A stretch of 63,417 bases of DNA, counting the filler. It is 5 parts of 5 records of this genome, joined end to end, with 100 filler letters (N's around TTAATTAATTAA, not from the genome) between each part and the next. Parts side by side here need not be neighbours in the genome. Positions count along the whole stretch, not along the records: positions 1 to 21,597 come from SRR2962707_497; 4 more parts are not named here. The stretch is one strand, 5' to 3'. Of this stretch, positions 1 through 10,475 are shown piece after piece. The number at the start of each line of letters is the position of its first letter. The first letter of the stretch is position 1. The notes beneath the pieces were generated by a model. That model was not told the origin of the DNA and searched no databases. It worked only from the letters and a program-made list of their open reading frames with translations. Both the position numbers and the translations under genes were made by a program.

Positions 1-45
1 GACGGCCACCTTGCGTTCGTATTTTTCAAGTTCGGTATCTTCCAT
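1..45 (-). CDS. N-terminal fragment of an unknown protein (MEDTELEKYERKVAV...), runs off the window start
   Basis: ATG at 45 on the minus strand, open to position 1, downstream of and co-oriented with pirin; too short to identify. Confidence 0.35.
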   Translation of the reverse strand, partial: MEDTELEKYERKVAV

Positions 46-131
46 GATGGTTTTCTGATCCCCAGTTGGCGGCGTTGCCCGACCATACAAAATGGCCGGG
101 GTGTTTCCAAGCAGACCCGTAAGTTTTGATC

Positions 132-1001
<870 letters not shown>

Positions 1002-1029
1002 TTATTCGCTCCTGATTTGGACGTCCAGA

Positions 1030-1707
1030 TCAGTAGGTAATAGTTTTGGCCGCTTCTGCAAGTTCCGCAGGCGTCAGGCTGAACGGTTCTGACGGCGTGG
1101 CCTGGCCCCGTTCTATGACCACGGCCTGCAAAGGCGTGTCCAGTATAATGGTCCGGCCATCGGCTCCTGTTATTTCAACAACACCGTTGTCGATCAGTGC
1201 CATCGTCAGCTTGTCCTTTTCCTGCAGCCCCCAGAAGTCAGTGCCGCGTACGCCGATGGTGGCTACGGGCGTGTTCAGGGTCAGGCTGCTGCCGGCGGTC
1301 TTGTTGATCTTGCCCGACACCATCCGGAATACGCCCTTGGTCAGGGTCAACACGCCACGGGACGGCTTACCGGGCTCGTAGACCATTTCGTCGATGGTCA
1401 GTTCCGAGTGATCGCCGATAAAAAGCTGGCTGTCGTCGATCAGGGTTATTTCGGCACGGGTGTCCTCACCGGTCAGGATCGTGTCCAGAAACTTGATGTC
1501 GCTGCCTTCACGTAACGTCCTCGGCAGGCTGTGCAGGACACTCGCAATATTGCCCCGCGCCCGCGTCACGTCGCCCACATCCATGCCGGCATACTCGCTG
1601 ATGGATGCATGCTCTTCCGATGCGGTCACATGATTGATGGGGAGGCCGGACAGGAGTGCCGTTGCAAGCACGCCTGCAAAAATTCTCTTCAAATACAGTG
1701 TGTTCAT
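1030..1707 (-). CDS. Secreted FecR-domain protein
   Basis: N-terminal signal peptide; D-x-I-x-TG...DDSQLFIG and TPVATIGVRGTDF motifs typical of FecR-domain proteins. Confidence 0.8.
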   Translation of the reverse strand: MNTLYLKRIFAGVLATALLSGLPINHVTASEEHASISEYAGMDVGDVTRARGNIASVLHSLPRTLREGSDIKFLDTILTGEDTRAEITLIDDSQLFIGDHSELTIDEMVYEPGKPSRGVLTLTKGVFRMVSGKINKTAGSSLTLNTPVATIGVRGTDFWGLQEKDKLTMALIDNGVVEITGADGRTIILDTPLQAVVIERGQATPSEPFSLTPAELAEAAKTITY

Positions 1708-1782
1708 TTTTACTACGTATACCTTACTTCCTGATATTCAATACGAGGAAGTCCGGCTTTTGGATCATGTCAGGCCGTGGGC

Positions 1783-3441
1783 TCAGTAGGTTTCCTGTGC
1801 AGATCGGCTCTCAGCGCGGGCGGCAGGCATAATATCGAAAGCGATCGAGATCCGGCGCGAGGCGCCTGCCAGCGGCACGGTCCGATGATAAAAGTGGCTC
1901 GGGAACAGGATCATCAGGCCGGGTTCCGGCTGAAACAGCGTCACTTCCGGATCATGCTGGGCATGAATGTCCGCGGGCGGACGGCCGAACTCTATCCACC
2001 CTGCGTGATCGGGATCATCAGTCTGAATGGTGTCCGGGACCTCGACATAATAAACCCCGGAAAGCCAGGCCGCCGGGTGGATGTGAGCGACCTGATGACC
2101 TTCCTGTTCCATGACCACCCCCCAGACCGAAACCGTCACGTCATCCGGGCAGGCGTCCAGAAACGGATGTGACGGCTCACCGATAAAGCGGCGTTTATAG
2201 GCGCGGAACGCATTTTCGATTTCACGGCGGAATTGCGCCATCGGCCCCAGAGGTTCGCTCAGCAGTTCCCCCGAGTGCTGTCCCTTGCGTGTGGCATGCG
2301 CCTTTGGAGACGGAGTCAGCGTCGGATGTGACAGCACATGCGCCCCGAGCGCCGCATTGAAGGCTTGAACATTTTCAAACCCACCCGGTGCCGTTAAGGC
2401 TTGCCGATAGATAAACCGTGCCGGGTCATCCAGTTCACGTGCGTCCGCATCGCGCCCCAGATCACGAAGCGCAAAGGCCCGGAACGCGAGCGCCGATGGT
2501 TGAGACGGATTTCGCGCAAGAAACCTGTCGATGTCTCGAAGTGCCGCCGCCGCATCCCCCGACGCCAGTTTCAGATCGGCCAGATTAATCGCCGCCTTGG
2601 CGAAACCGGGGTCTATTTCCAGTGCCCGTGCATAGGCTTTTGCCGCACTCTCCCTATCTCCCTGCTCGATATAGGCCTCGCCCTGATTGAGGGCTGCCGC
2701 CGCATGCCCCGGCTCGAGCGCAAGGGCATGCCGGTAACTGCTGATCGCCTGTTCGTGCGCAGCCAGTGACTGCAGGGCGACACCCAGATTGAAGTGCGCG
2801 GCGGCCAGACCGGGGTCCAGGCTTGCCGCTTTCTCCGCCGCGTCCCGGGCTGAAACATCGTCCCCCAGACCGCTGAGCACCGCCGCCAGATTGGTATACG
2901 CAACCGCGTCATCGGGCCGGCGCTGGATCAGGGCCAGCAACTCGTCACGGGCGCCTGACAGGTTTCCCGCACATCTGAGCGCCTCGGCCCGGCCGATCGC
3001 CGCCGCCGTGTGTTCAAGATTGCGGCTCAAGGCCTTGGCGAACCAGTTGGCGGCATCGCCGTGGCGGCCCCGGCCGGCCAGCAGAACGCCCGCGTTGTAA
3101 GCAGGCTCAGCATATCCCGGCGCCAGGTCATGGGCGGCTGCATACGCTTCAAGCGCGGCATCCGTGTCATCCCCCGCAGCCAGCACATTGCCGAGGTTCA
3201 TGCGGATTTCCGCATCCTTTGGGGATTTCTCGGCGGCTTCGAGCAGAAAAGCGCGGGCTTCTTCCGGCTCATCGCACTGGTATGCCGCGATCCCCGCCAG
3301 ATTAAGGACCGCCGCATCGCGGACCCGCAATGCCAGAATCTGGCGCACACCGGCCAGGGCGTCCTGCGGCCGTTGCGCGGCCAGGGCTTCACGAACACGG
3401 GCCAGCTTCAACTCTGTTTTTCGGTTTCGATGTCGCGCCAT
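1783..3441 (-). CDS. TPR-repeat protein with C-terminal putative 2OG-Fe(II) oxygenase domain
   Basis: About 8 TPR units (xNLG/YNAG) followed by HIHPAAWLSGVYY...FPSHFYH...RISIAFD; ATG at 3441 preferred over GTG at 3462. Confidence 0.85.
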   Translation of the reverse strand: MARHRNRKTELKLARVREALAAQRPQDALAGVRQILALRVRDAAVLNLAGIAAYQCDEPEEARAFLLEAAEKSPKDAEIRMNLGNVLAAGDDTDAALEAYAAAHDLAPGYAEPAYNAGVLLAGRGRHGDAANWFAKALSRNLEHTAAAIGRAEALRCAGNLSGARDELLALIQRRPDDAVAYTNLAAVLSGLGDDVSARDAAEKAASLDPGLAAAHFNLGVALQSLAAHEQAISSYRHALALEPGHAAAALNQGEAYIEQGDRESAAKAYARALEIDPGFAKAAINLADLKLASGDAAAALRDIDRFLARNPSQPSALAFRAFALRDLGRDADARELDDPARFIYRQALTAPGGFENVQAFNAALGAHVLSHPTLTPSPKAHATRKGQHSGELLSEPLGPMAQFRREIENAFRAYKRRFIGEPSHPFLDACPDDVTVSVWGVVMEQEGHQVAHIHPAAWLSGVYYVEVPDTIQTDDPDHAGWIEFGRPPADIHAQHDPEVTLFQPEPGLMILFPSHFYHRTVPLAGASRRISIAFDIMPAARAESRSAQETY

Positions 3442-3505
3442 GTCCAAACAATCGGACGTCACGGTCTATCTCGCAAGTCTGCTCATCGGGCTCTATAGTG
3501 ATTCC

Positions 3506-4927
3506 ATGAACGACAGCATCATGCCCGCCGAACTCGCCAATGCCCTGGCCTTGCACCAGAAAGGGATGCTGGCCGAAGCCGAAGCCGGTTACCGTACCGT
3601 GATCCGGAACGACCCCGATAATCCGGATGCCCTGCACCTGCTCTCCATCCTCTGTCTGCAGCAGGGTCGCGCCGAAGAGGCACTGCCGATCGTCGAGCGG
3701 GTTATCGCGCTGGCGCCCGACGCCGCCGATGCCTATGGCAACAAGGGGACGGCTCTGCAGGCACTTGAACATTATGGCGAAGCCGCTTTCGCCTTTCGCA
3801 CGGCCATTTCACTCGCCCCGGATGCGCCGCACCATCACTACAATCTCGGCAACACACTCCGCGCGGATGGTGACAAGCCGGGTGCCGTCCGAGCCTATCG
3901 TGAAGCGATCCGCTGCGCCCCTGATCTGGTACAGGCGCATTCAAATCTGGCAACGACACTGTCCGAACTGGGGCTTTTTGACGAGGCCGTGGCACATTGC
4001 AAACTGGCCCTGAAGTATCGGCCTGAATTTGCCGATGCACACTATAACCTCGGCAATGCCTACCGAGAATCCGGGCGTCACGCACAGGCTGTCGAGGCCT
4101 ATCACGCTACCATCCGTCACAATCCCGATCACGCCGATGCCTATTGCAATCTGGGTTTGAGCGAAATGATCAGCCCCGGTCTCGATCAGGCGATCCGTAC
4201 CCTGGGCAAGGCCGTCGACATCGACCCGGCGCAGAACATGGCGGCATTTTACCGGGCCGTCGCCACCGAGATGACGGGCGCCGAGGCGTCAGCTTTGTTC
4301 AGTGCGTTGCCGGATGACGATCCCGATGTCGCGGCTTGGTGCGATAGCTGGGATTACGTCAAAAGTCATTCGACCCTGAAAACCGAGATCATCCACTGCC
4401 CCTACAGTTTGCTGAGCCATGCGCTCGAGGCCGCCAACCTGGAGGGGCTGGTGCTTGAATTCGGCGTCCGCCATGGTCAGTCGATCCGTCATCTCGCGGC
4501 GAATGCCGGACAGGCCATCCACGGCTTTGATTCCTTTCACGGATTGCCGTCTGCCTGGGGCGGCGAGCCGGAAGGCGTTTATTCCACCGACGGCGAACTG
4601 CCAGATGTGCCGGACAACGTCACCCTGCATGCCGGACTTTTTGACGAGACCCTTGGCCCGTTTCTGAAATCTCATCCCGGTGATATTCGGTTCTGTAATA
4701 TCGACTGCGATATATATGCGTCGACTGTCAGCGTGCTGGAGGGCATTGCCCCGCGGATCAAACCCGGCACGGTACTGGTGTTCGATGAATATCTGATCAA
4801 CCCGACATGGCGGGATGACGAGTACAAAGCGTTTCAGGAAGCCGTTGAAAAACACGGCTGGAAATATACCTACCTCGCCTTCGGCATCGTCACCAAGCAG
4901 GCGGCGGTGATCATCGACGCGATCTAA
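3506..4927 (+). CDS. TPR-repeat protein with C-terminal class I SAM methyltransferase (TylF/Methyltransf_24-like)
   Basis: TPR units (YNLGN, HSNL, YCNLG) followed by LVLEFGV..GQS, FDSFxGLP, IDCDIY and GTVLVFDEY; start moved to ATG 3506 because the longer ORF overlaps the opposite gene. Confidence 0.85.
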   Translation: MNDSIMPAELANALALHQKGMLAEAEAGYRTVIRNDPDNPDALHLLSILCLQQGRAEEALPIVERVIALAPDAADAYGNKGTALQALEHYGEAAFAFRTAISLAPDAPHHHYNLGNTLRADGDKPGAVRAYREAIRCAPDLVQAHSNLATTLSELGLFDEAVAHCKLALKYRPEFADAHYNLGNAYRESGRHAQAVEAYHATIRHNPDHADAYCNLGLSEMISPGLDQAIRTLGKAVDIDPAQNMAAFYRAVATEMTGAEASALFSALPDDDPDVAAWCDSWDYVKSHSTLKTEIIHCPYSLLSHALEAANLEGLVLEFGVRHGQSIRHLAANAGQAIHGFDSFHGLPSAWGGEPEGVYSTDGELPDVPDNVTLHAGLFDETLGPFLKSHPGDIRFCNIDCDIYASTVSVLEGIAPRIKPGTVLVFDEYLINPTWRDDEYKAFQEAVEKHGWKYTYLAFGIVTKQAAVIIDAI

Positions 4928-5343
4928 TCACCGCTCAGGTGCAGGACCACGTTGCGCCGATGCGGGCGGAGGCGGTGTTCGAAAAGATACAATCCCTGCC
5001 AGGTGCCGAGCATCGGCCGACCGTCCGCAACGGGAACCGACAACGATACATCGGTCAGTGCGCTCCGGATATGCGCGGGCATATCGTCGGAACCTTCCGC
5101 GGTATGGCGATACATTTTCGGGTCTTCGGACACCAGCCGTTTGAAAAACACATTCAGGTCATGAATGACGTCCGGGTCCGCATTTTCCTGGATCGTCAGT
5201 GACGCTGACGTGTGACGGCAATAGACCGTGAGAATACCGCACGCGATGCCGGTTTCGGCGCAGAACGTCACGGCGTCCTGGGTGAATTCATATAATCCCT
5301 GACCGTTGGTCGAAATCTGCAGTTGGGTTTGTGCGTGCGTCAT
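4924..5343 (-). CDS. yjbQ: YjbQ/UPF0047 family protein
   Basis: HTSASLTIQENADPDV, EGSDDMPAHIR and LGTWQGLYLFEHR motifs. Confidence 0.92.
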   Translation of the reverse strand: MTHAQTQLQISTNGQGLYEFTQDAVTFCAETGIACGILTVYCRHTSASLTIQENADPDVIHDLNVFFKRLVSEDPKMYRHTAEGSDDMPAHIRSALTDVSLSVPVADGRPMLGTWQGLYLFEHRLRPHRRNVVLHLSGD

Positions 5344-5402
5344 GCATTTCTGTTAGCATCCCCGGAGACGTTTGTAACCGCGAGACTTGCCCGAGACTTC
5401 CG

Positions 5403-5849
5403 ATGCGTATTCGACAAGGCCCCCTTCCCGGCAGCGTTGCCGATGGCATCACCCGGGGCGTGGTGCGCCTAATGAACGATATGGGGCTGGCACCGCTGCT
5501 GGAATTCCGCCTGACCAACAAACGCCGGGTAGATGTCGCGGCCATCGACCGCGATGGCAAGTTCACGATCATCGAGGTCAAAAGCTCGCTCACCGATTTC
5601 CGCACCGACGGTAAGTGGCACGAATACCTGCCCTACTGCGATTATTTCTATTTCGCGGTGAACCCGGAGTTTCCACGCGAACAGCTTCCGGAAGATGCCG
5701 GGCTGATTATCGCTGATTCCTATGAGGCAGCGATCCTACGCGCGGCCGACGAAGTCCCGATGAACGGCAACCGCCGGCGGACCCAGACACTCAGGTTCGC
5801 CCGCACCGGCGCAAGCCGTCTGGCCGGGCGCGACGACCCGGCCTTCTAG
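5403..5849 (+). CDS. mmcB: MmcB family DNA repair endonuclease-like protein
   Basis: EFRL..RRVDV, IIEVKSSLTDFRTDGKW.EYLPYCD, FAR.GA.RL; start at ATG 5403 inferred. Confidence 0.85.
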   Translation: MRIRQGPLPGSVADGITRGVVRLMNDMGLAPLLEFRLTNKRRVDVAAIDRDGKFTIIEVKSSLTDFRTDGKWHEYLPYCDYFYFAVNPEFPREQLPEDAGLIIADSYEAAILRAADEVPMNGNRRRTQTLRFARTGASRLAGRDDPAF

Positions 5850-5860
5850 CTGATTGTCGG

Positions 5861-7183
5861 TTATTCCGCCGCCAACCGGGGGCGGAACATGGCTTCCATG
5901 TCGCGGCGAATCTTCACCGCGTCGAGGCTTTCATCGATCTCGACATCCTGCCAGCGTACCGGCTGATTGGCGGCGATGTCGGCCTTAAGCTTGACCTTGT
6001 GCGCCAGTCCGATCGGCAACCCGCCGAGTTCCAGCGACTTATCCGCCGGATACAGCTTGCCCCAGACCGTGTGCCCGCCTTCGCCGTCGAGCATTTCACC
6101 GGCCTTGAGCGCACGCTTCGCGGTGGCAACCACATCGCCCCGGAAACCTTCGGTGCTGCCCGTCGGCTTGTTCAGCAGCGCGGCGGAGAGGATCGAGATG
6201 TTCAGCTCCAGCCCGATCAGGTGAAACGGCTTGTACATGGCCGAATAGCGCCCGGTGCTGTCGGTGTTCATGCCGTACTGGCGGAAACACGCGGCGGCGT
6301 AGTCGTTGGGCGCTTCAATCACGACATAAACGCCCCAGCGCAGATCCTTGAAAACCGGGCGGCCGTCGCGTTCCAGCGAGGACACGACTTCGACCTGGCC
6401 CTTGTGGTGCAGTTGCCCACCCTCTGACGCCGGACGCAGGACATGCGCCAGATCATCCATCCCGGCAGCCGGGAACATCAGGCCGTCCGGCGGCGGCGTC
6501 AGACCTGTGGCATTGGCGATTGCCGCCATTTCCAGTGCAGATTTCGTCCCGTCGAGGAAACTGTTGAACATCTGACTGTTCATACCGGCCTGTGCCGCCT
6601 GTTCCGGTGTGAGGCCGTAATGATCCCAGACCGTGTCCGGCGTTGAAGCATGATACGCCGGCAGGTACTTCGTTCCCTTACCCGCCGCGACAACGTCAAA
6701 CCCGGTGGCGCGTGCCCATTCGACCATTTCACAGGTCAGCGCCGGCTGATCGCCGTACGCCATGGAATAGACGACCCCTGCGGCACGGGCTTCTTCGGCC
6801 AGCAGGCCGCCGGCCAGCACATCGGCTTCGACATTGACCATCACGATATGAATGCCGTTCCGGATGGCTTCGCGGGCATGCACCAGCCCAACCACCGGAT
6901 TGCCGGTGGCCTCGACGACGACGTCGATCCCGCCCGCCTGCATCATCGCCATGGCGTCATCGACGAAGGACGTCTTCGCAATCAGTTCGTCCGACCAGCC
7001 GACCGCCGTGCATGACGCTTTGGCTCGCACCGGATCAAGATCGGCAATCACCGCAACGTCGAGACCCGGTGTCGTCGGCACCTGCGACAGGAACATGGAG
7101 CCGAATTTACCGGCGCCGATCAGGCCCACACGAACGGGTTTGTTCTCTGCCGCGCGTGCGGCGAGTTCCTGGTAGATGTACAT
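5861..7183 (-). CDS. NAD(P)-dependent oxidoreductase with C-terminal SAF domain (COG4091, DXR-II-like superfamily)
   Basis: GLIGAGKFG Rossmann motif, VNVEADV, GDQP, DGTKS..EMAAIANATGL, and SAF domain AKRALKAGEMLDGEGG. Confidence 0.85.
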   Translation of the reverse strand: MYIYQELAARAAENKPVRVGLIGAGKFGSMFLSQVPTTPGLDVAVIADLDPVRAKASCTAVGWSDELIAKTSFVDDAMAMMQAGGIDVVVEATGNPVVGLVHAREAIRNGIHIVMVNVEADVLAGGLLAEEARAAGVVYSMAYGDQPALTCEMVEWARATGFDVVAAGKGTKYLPAYHASTPDTVWDHYGLTPEQAAQAGMNSQMFNSFLDGTKSALEMAAIANATGLTPPPDGLMFPAAGMDDLAHVLRPASEGGQLHHKGQVEVVSSLERDGRPVFKDLRWGVYVVIEAPNDYAAACFRQYGMNTDSTGRYSAMYKPFHLIGLELNISILSAALLNKPTGSTEGFRGDVVATAKRALKAGEMLDGEGGHTVWGKLYPADKSLELGGLPIGLAHKVKLKADIAANQPVRWQDVEIDESLDAVKIRRDMEAMFRPRLAAE

Positions 7184-7186
7184 GGA

Positions 7187-7987
7187 TTACTCCGCTGCCT
7201 GGGATTGCTCGGCGATCAGATCATTCAGACAATCATCCGAAAGCGCTTCGATCGGCGTAAAATCACGATGCGCGATCCATTCCTCGCGATTGAAGGCGCG
7301 GATGTGATTGTCGACATGACACAGCGACAAATAGACGATGGTCCGTCCGAACGGCGAAATATTCGGCGGGCTGGCATGCACCAAAAGCGACGAGAACATC
7401 AGCATGCTGCCGGCAGGCCCCGTCGGCGCAACGCAACCGCCCTGCTCGGCCAACTCCGAAACCTTTTCACGGTCGAGGGTCCACAGCGGATAACTGGTCG
7501 TTTCGAGATCATGTCCGGCTTCGACGACGCCCAGCTTGTGGCTGCCCGGAATAAACAGCAGCGGTCCGTTCGCCGCCGTCACGTCATCAAGAAACACGGC
7601 GATGTTCATGGCACGCGGCTCCGGCATTTCGTCATCGCGTTTCCACGTGCCGTAATCCTGATGCCACTGCCACACGGCGCCATCGAAGGCCGCCTTGGCG
7701 TTGACCTTGTACTGGTGCATGTAAAGCGGACCGTCGAGAACCTGCGATACCGGTTCGATCAGACGGGGGTGCGCCCCAAGACGGCGAAACGCTTCGTTGT
7801 ACTTGTGCGCGGCAAATGCCGTCCGTGCGACACCGTTCGATTCACGCCACACTTCCTTGCGGTCGAGCTGGTAGATCGCCTCGGCTTCACGCTTCAGCAG
7901 AGCGGCTTCTTCGGGTGAGAATTTACCCGGAAAGAACAGATAGCCGTCTTCATCGAATTTCTTCAGCTCTTCTTCGGTTAAACGCAT
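7187..7987 (-). CDS. PhyH-family Fe(II)/2-oxoglutarate dioxygenase (EctD/proline-hydroxylase-related)
   Basis: F.EDGYL, WHQD (HxD), NGPL..IPGSH, distal LVHAS and Arg; GGAGG RBS before ATG 7987. Confidence 0.88.
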   Translation of the reverse strand: MRLTEEELKKFDEDGYLFFPGKFSPEEAALLKREAEAIYQLDRKEVWRESNGVARTAFAAHKYNEAFRRLGAHPRLIEPVSQVLDGPLYMHQYKVNAKAAFDGAVWQWHQDYGTWKRDDEMPEPRAMNIAVFLDDVTAANGPLLFIPGSHKLGVVEAGHDLETTSYPLWTLDREKVSELAEQGGCVAPTGPAGSMLMFSSLLVHASPPNISPFGRTIVYLSLCHVDNHIRAFNREEWIAHRDFTPIEALSDDCLNDLIAEQSQAAE

Positions 7988-8024
7988 GGGGGGTTCCTCC
8001 TGATATCCATGATCTGCACCTTGT

Positions 8025-8702
8025 TCATCGGTGCTGTTCGGCGGCTTCAATCAGACGGCGGCACGTGGTCTCGCCTGCTTTTTCCGCATGATGGGCTGCC
8101 AGCGTCTCGGCTTTTTCGGCATCCCCGGCAATAATCGCATCGGCGATATCGCGGTGTTCGCTCCAGATCGTCGGGCGCGGTGTCGCATCTTCGAGAACGA
8201 TCCGCATGGCCCGGACCATGTGCGGCCAGGCACCTTCCGCCGCCAGCGCAATTTCCGGATTACCGGAAAGATCATAAATGGCCCGGTGAAATGCGATATC
8301 CGCCTCGACCAGGCGGTTTATCGAGCCATGCGTCAGCGCCGCCATACCGTCATCCATCAATTTGTTCAGGCGCTCTTCACGGTCCGGCAGCGGGATGTCA
8401 CCAGAGGCAGCCAGACGTGCCGCCAGGCCATCCAGCGCGGCACGCACCTGATACAAAGCCAGCAGCCGGTGGGCATCGACGGGTGCAACCATCTGCCCCT
8501 TGCGGCCTCGATCAACAACAAGTCCTTCGCGCTTCAACAGGACCAGCGCATGGCTGATCGGCTGGCGGCTCACACCCAGTGATTCCGCGAGATCTTCCTG
8601 CGCGAGCGGCGCACCCGGTGCCAGTTCCCCTGACATGATCGCGGTGCGGATCGCATCATGCGTCTGCATGATCAGGTCGGGCTTCACGGCAAGTGGACGC
8701 AT
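8025..8702 (-). CDS. GntR-family (FCD) transcriptional regulator
   Basis: wHTH LAESLGVSRQPI..AL; FCD motifs D..FHRAI and EHRDI..AI. Confidence 0.92.
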   Translation of the reverse strand: MRPLAVKPDLIMQTHDAIRTAIMSGELAPGAPLAQEDLAESLGVSRQPISHALVLLKREGLVVDRGRKGQMVAPVDAHRLLALYQVRAALDGLAARLAASGDIPLPDREERLNKLMDDGMAALTHGSINRLVEADIAFHRAIYDLSGNPEIALAAEGAWPHMVRAMRIVLEDATPRPTIWSEHRDIADAIIAGDAEKAETLAAHHAEKAGETTCRRLIEAAEQHR

Positions 8703-8729
8703 GTTCTATCGGCCTTTGGCGGTTTTTGT

Positions 8730-8749
8730 GAATTCAGAATTCAGAATTC
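8730..8749. promoter_or_regulatory. Triple tandem GAATTC(A) repeat, probable GntR autoregulatory operator
   Basis: GAATTCA-GAATTCA-GAATTC 27 bp upstream of the GntR start, overlapping a minus-strand promoter candidate with -35 TTGACT at 8770-8775. Confidence 0.6.
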
Positions 8750-8776
8750 TTATTGCAGGCCGTTTTTCGAGTCAAG

Positions 8777-9487
8777 TTAACCGATCCGGTGCAGCCTTTG
8801 GCCATAGGCATTCAGCCAGGCTTCGGCCTGTTCTTCGTGCGGGGTCAAGGTCTGCACGAGGGCATGAAACTGCGGCCCGTGATTGCGCTCGATGATGTGT
8901 GCGACTTCATGTGCAACGATAAAATCAAAGACGAAACCCGGCGCCAGGATCATCCGCCATGAAAAATTCAGCGAACCGTCATGGGCGCACGAGCCCCACC
9001 TTGAGGTGGTATCGCGGACCGTGACCCGGCCGATCTTGACGCCCAGAACTGCGGCTTTTTCCAGTGCCAGTTCGGACAGCCGCTGCTTGGCCTCTTTTTT
9101 CAGCCAGTCCCCCAGCCGGCGCGCCAGATGATCGGCATCGCCGGAGACACAGACCCGCCCTTCGTCGAGCCAGACACCGCGCCGTGCTTCGGGGTGGTGT
9201 TCGATGATGTGATCTTCACCCAGGATCGGGATCTTCTGACCGGGTTCGAAGGGGGTGCGTTCCGGCAGCTTTTCAAGTCTGCGCAACAACCATGCGGTCT
9301 GGCTTTGCAGAAAACCGAGGGCTTCCGCCTCAGAGGCGTACCACGGTAACGTCAGCTTGACCCCGTCTGTTTTGGGGTCGACCCGCATGATGATGCGCCG
9401 TGCCTGCCGGTTCCGTTTCAAAGAAACCGGCACAGGGCGGCCCTCAAGATCGAAGCTGAATTCCTTGCTTTGCTTGCGGGCCGCCAA
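8777..9487 (-). CDS. M48/DUF45 (YgjP-like) zinc metallohydrolase
   Basis: SRWGSC, LNFSWR, HEVAH zincin motif, NHGPQF. Confidence 0.9.
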   Translation of the reverse strand: MAARKQSKEFSFDLEGRPVPVSLKRNRQARRIIMRVDPKTDGVKLTLPWYASEAEALGFLQSQTAWLLRRLEKLPERTPFEPGQKIPILGEDHIIEHHPEARRGVWLDEGRVCVSGDADHLARRLGDWLKKEAKQRLSELALEKAAVLGVKIGRVTVRDTTSRWGSCAHDGSLNFSWRMILAPGFVFDFIVAHEVAHIIERNHGPQFHALVQTLTPHEEQAEAWLNAYGQRLHRIG

Positions 9488-9496
9488 TGTGCTGGA

Positions 9497-10438
9497 TCAG
9501 GCCGCCGCCGGGATCGGCGTGCCGATGGCGTCGAATGCCGCGAACAGTTCCGCGCGCTGTGCATCCGTGAGCGGCACGAACGGCGGGCGCAGATTTTCCC
9601 AGCCGGCCTGTCCGGTGTTACGTGCGGTCATCGCCTTCAGGGCCGGCGGCAGAGGATAGCCGGACACCACCTTGCGCATGGCGCTGAGGGTCTCGTGGGC
9701 TGCCAGAACGTCCGGCGATTCACCGTTTTCGACCCAGCCGTTATAGACCGCACCGTTGAGGAACGACGTCACGTTCGCCGCCGCCGTGATGCACCCGGCA
9801 CCACCGCGCTTGAGAAGCGGCAGCATCAGATCATCGGCACCCGAGAACACGGCAAAGCCCGGGAACTTCTCGGCGGCACCGGCCATGTTGTCGAACACGC
9901 CCGAGCTGTCCTTCATGCCGACGACGGTTTCCGGATAGGCTTTCAGCAGCATTTCGATCAGACCATAGGTGATCGGTACGCCCGACATCTGCGGGAAGTG
10001 GTAGAGAAAAATCTTCAACCGGTCGTCGGCGATCTTGTCGATCACTTCGGCGAAGGCATCGTAAAGCCCCTGGTCGCTCATGTTCTTGTAATAGAACGGC
10101 GGCAGCATCAGCACACCCTTGGCCCCGGCGCCAATCGCGGCCTGCGTCAGGTTGATGCTGTCGATCGCCGCGCAACAGCCCGTGCCCGGCATCAGGACGT
10201 CACCCGGAATGCCGCGTTCGACCAGTCCTTCGATGATTGAAATCCGTTCCTTGAGACCAAACGAGTTTGCTTCGCCGGTGGTGCCGAGAACAGCCAGACC
10301 ATCGCAGCCGTTCGCCAGCAGCCATTTGCTGTGGGCCGCCATCAGGTCAAGATCCGGCGACAGATCGTCCTTAACGGCGGTGACAACGGCGCTGAATACG
10401 CCTTTATAGGGTGAATGCGTCAACGTAGGGTCCTCCAC
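9497..10438 (-). CDS. Dihydrodipicolinate synthase family class I aldolase
   Basis: LGTTGEA, LPPFYYK, LYHFP, GMKDSSG (Schiff-base Lys). Confidence 0.9.
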   Translation of the reverse strand: MEDPTLTHSPYKGVFSAVVTAVKDDLSPDLDLMAAHSKWLLANGCDGLAVLGTTGEANSFGLKERISIIEGLVERGIPGDVLMPGTGCCAAIDSINLTQAAIGAGAKGVLMLPPFYYKNMSDQGLYDAFAEVIDKIADDRLKIFLYHFPQMSGVPITYGLIEMLLKAYPETVVGMKDSSGVFDNMAGAAEKFPGFAVFSGADDLMLPLLKRGGAGCITAAANVTSFLNGAVYNGWVENGESPDVLAAHETLSAMRKVVSGYPLPPALKAMTARNTGQAGWENLRPPFVPLTDAQRAELFAAFDAIGTPIPAAA

Positions 10439-10475
10439 TGATTGCTCTGTATATTCTCTATAGATGTAAGCGGGC

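Noticed and set aside
5344-5402. LexA box upstream of mmcB
   Set aside because: No GTTC-N7-GTTC; only CGAGACTT x2 at 11-bp spacing (5381, 5392), too weak to call
5861-7183. Calling this gene DXR-II to explain the absence of dxr between cdsA and rseP
   Set aside because: Different contig and probably a different organism; motif differences (GDQP); dxr is often unlinked from this cluster
7187-7987. Calling this gene ectD
   Set aside because: The EctD signature is not matched and no ectABC genes are nearby
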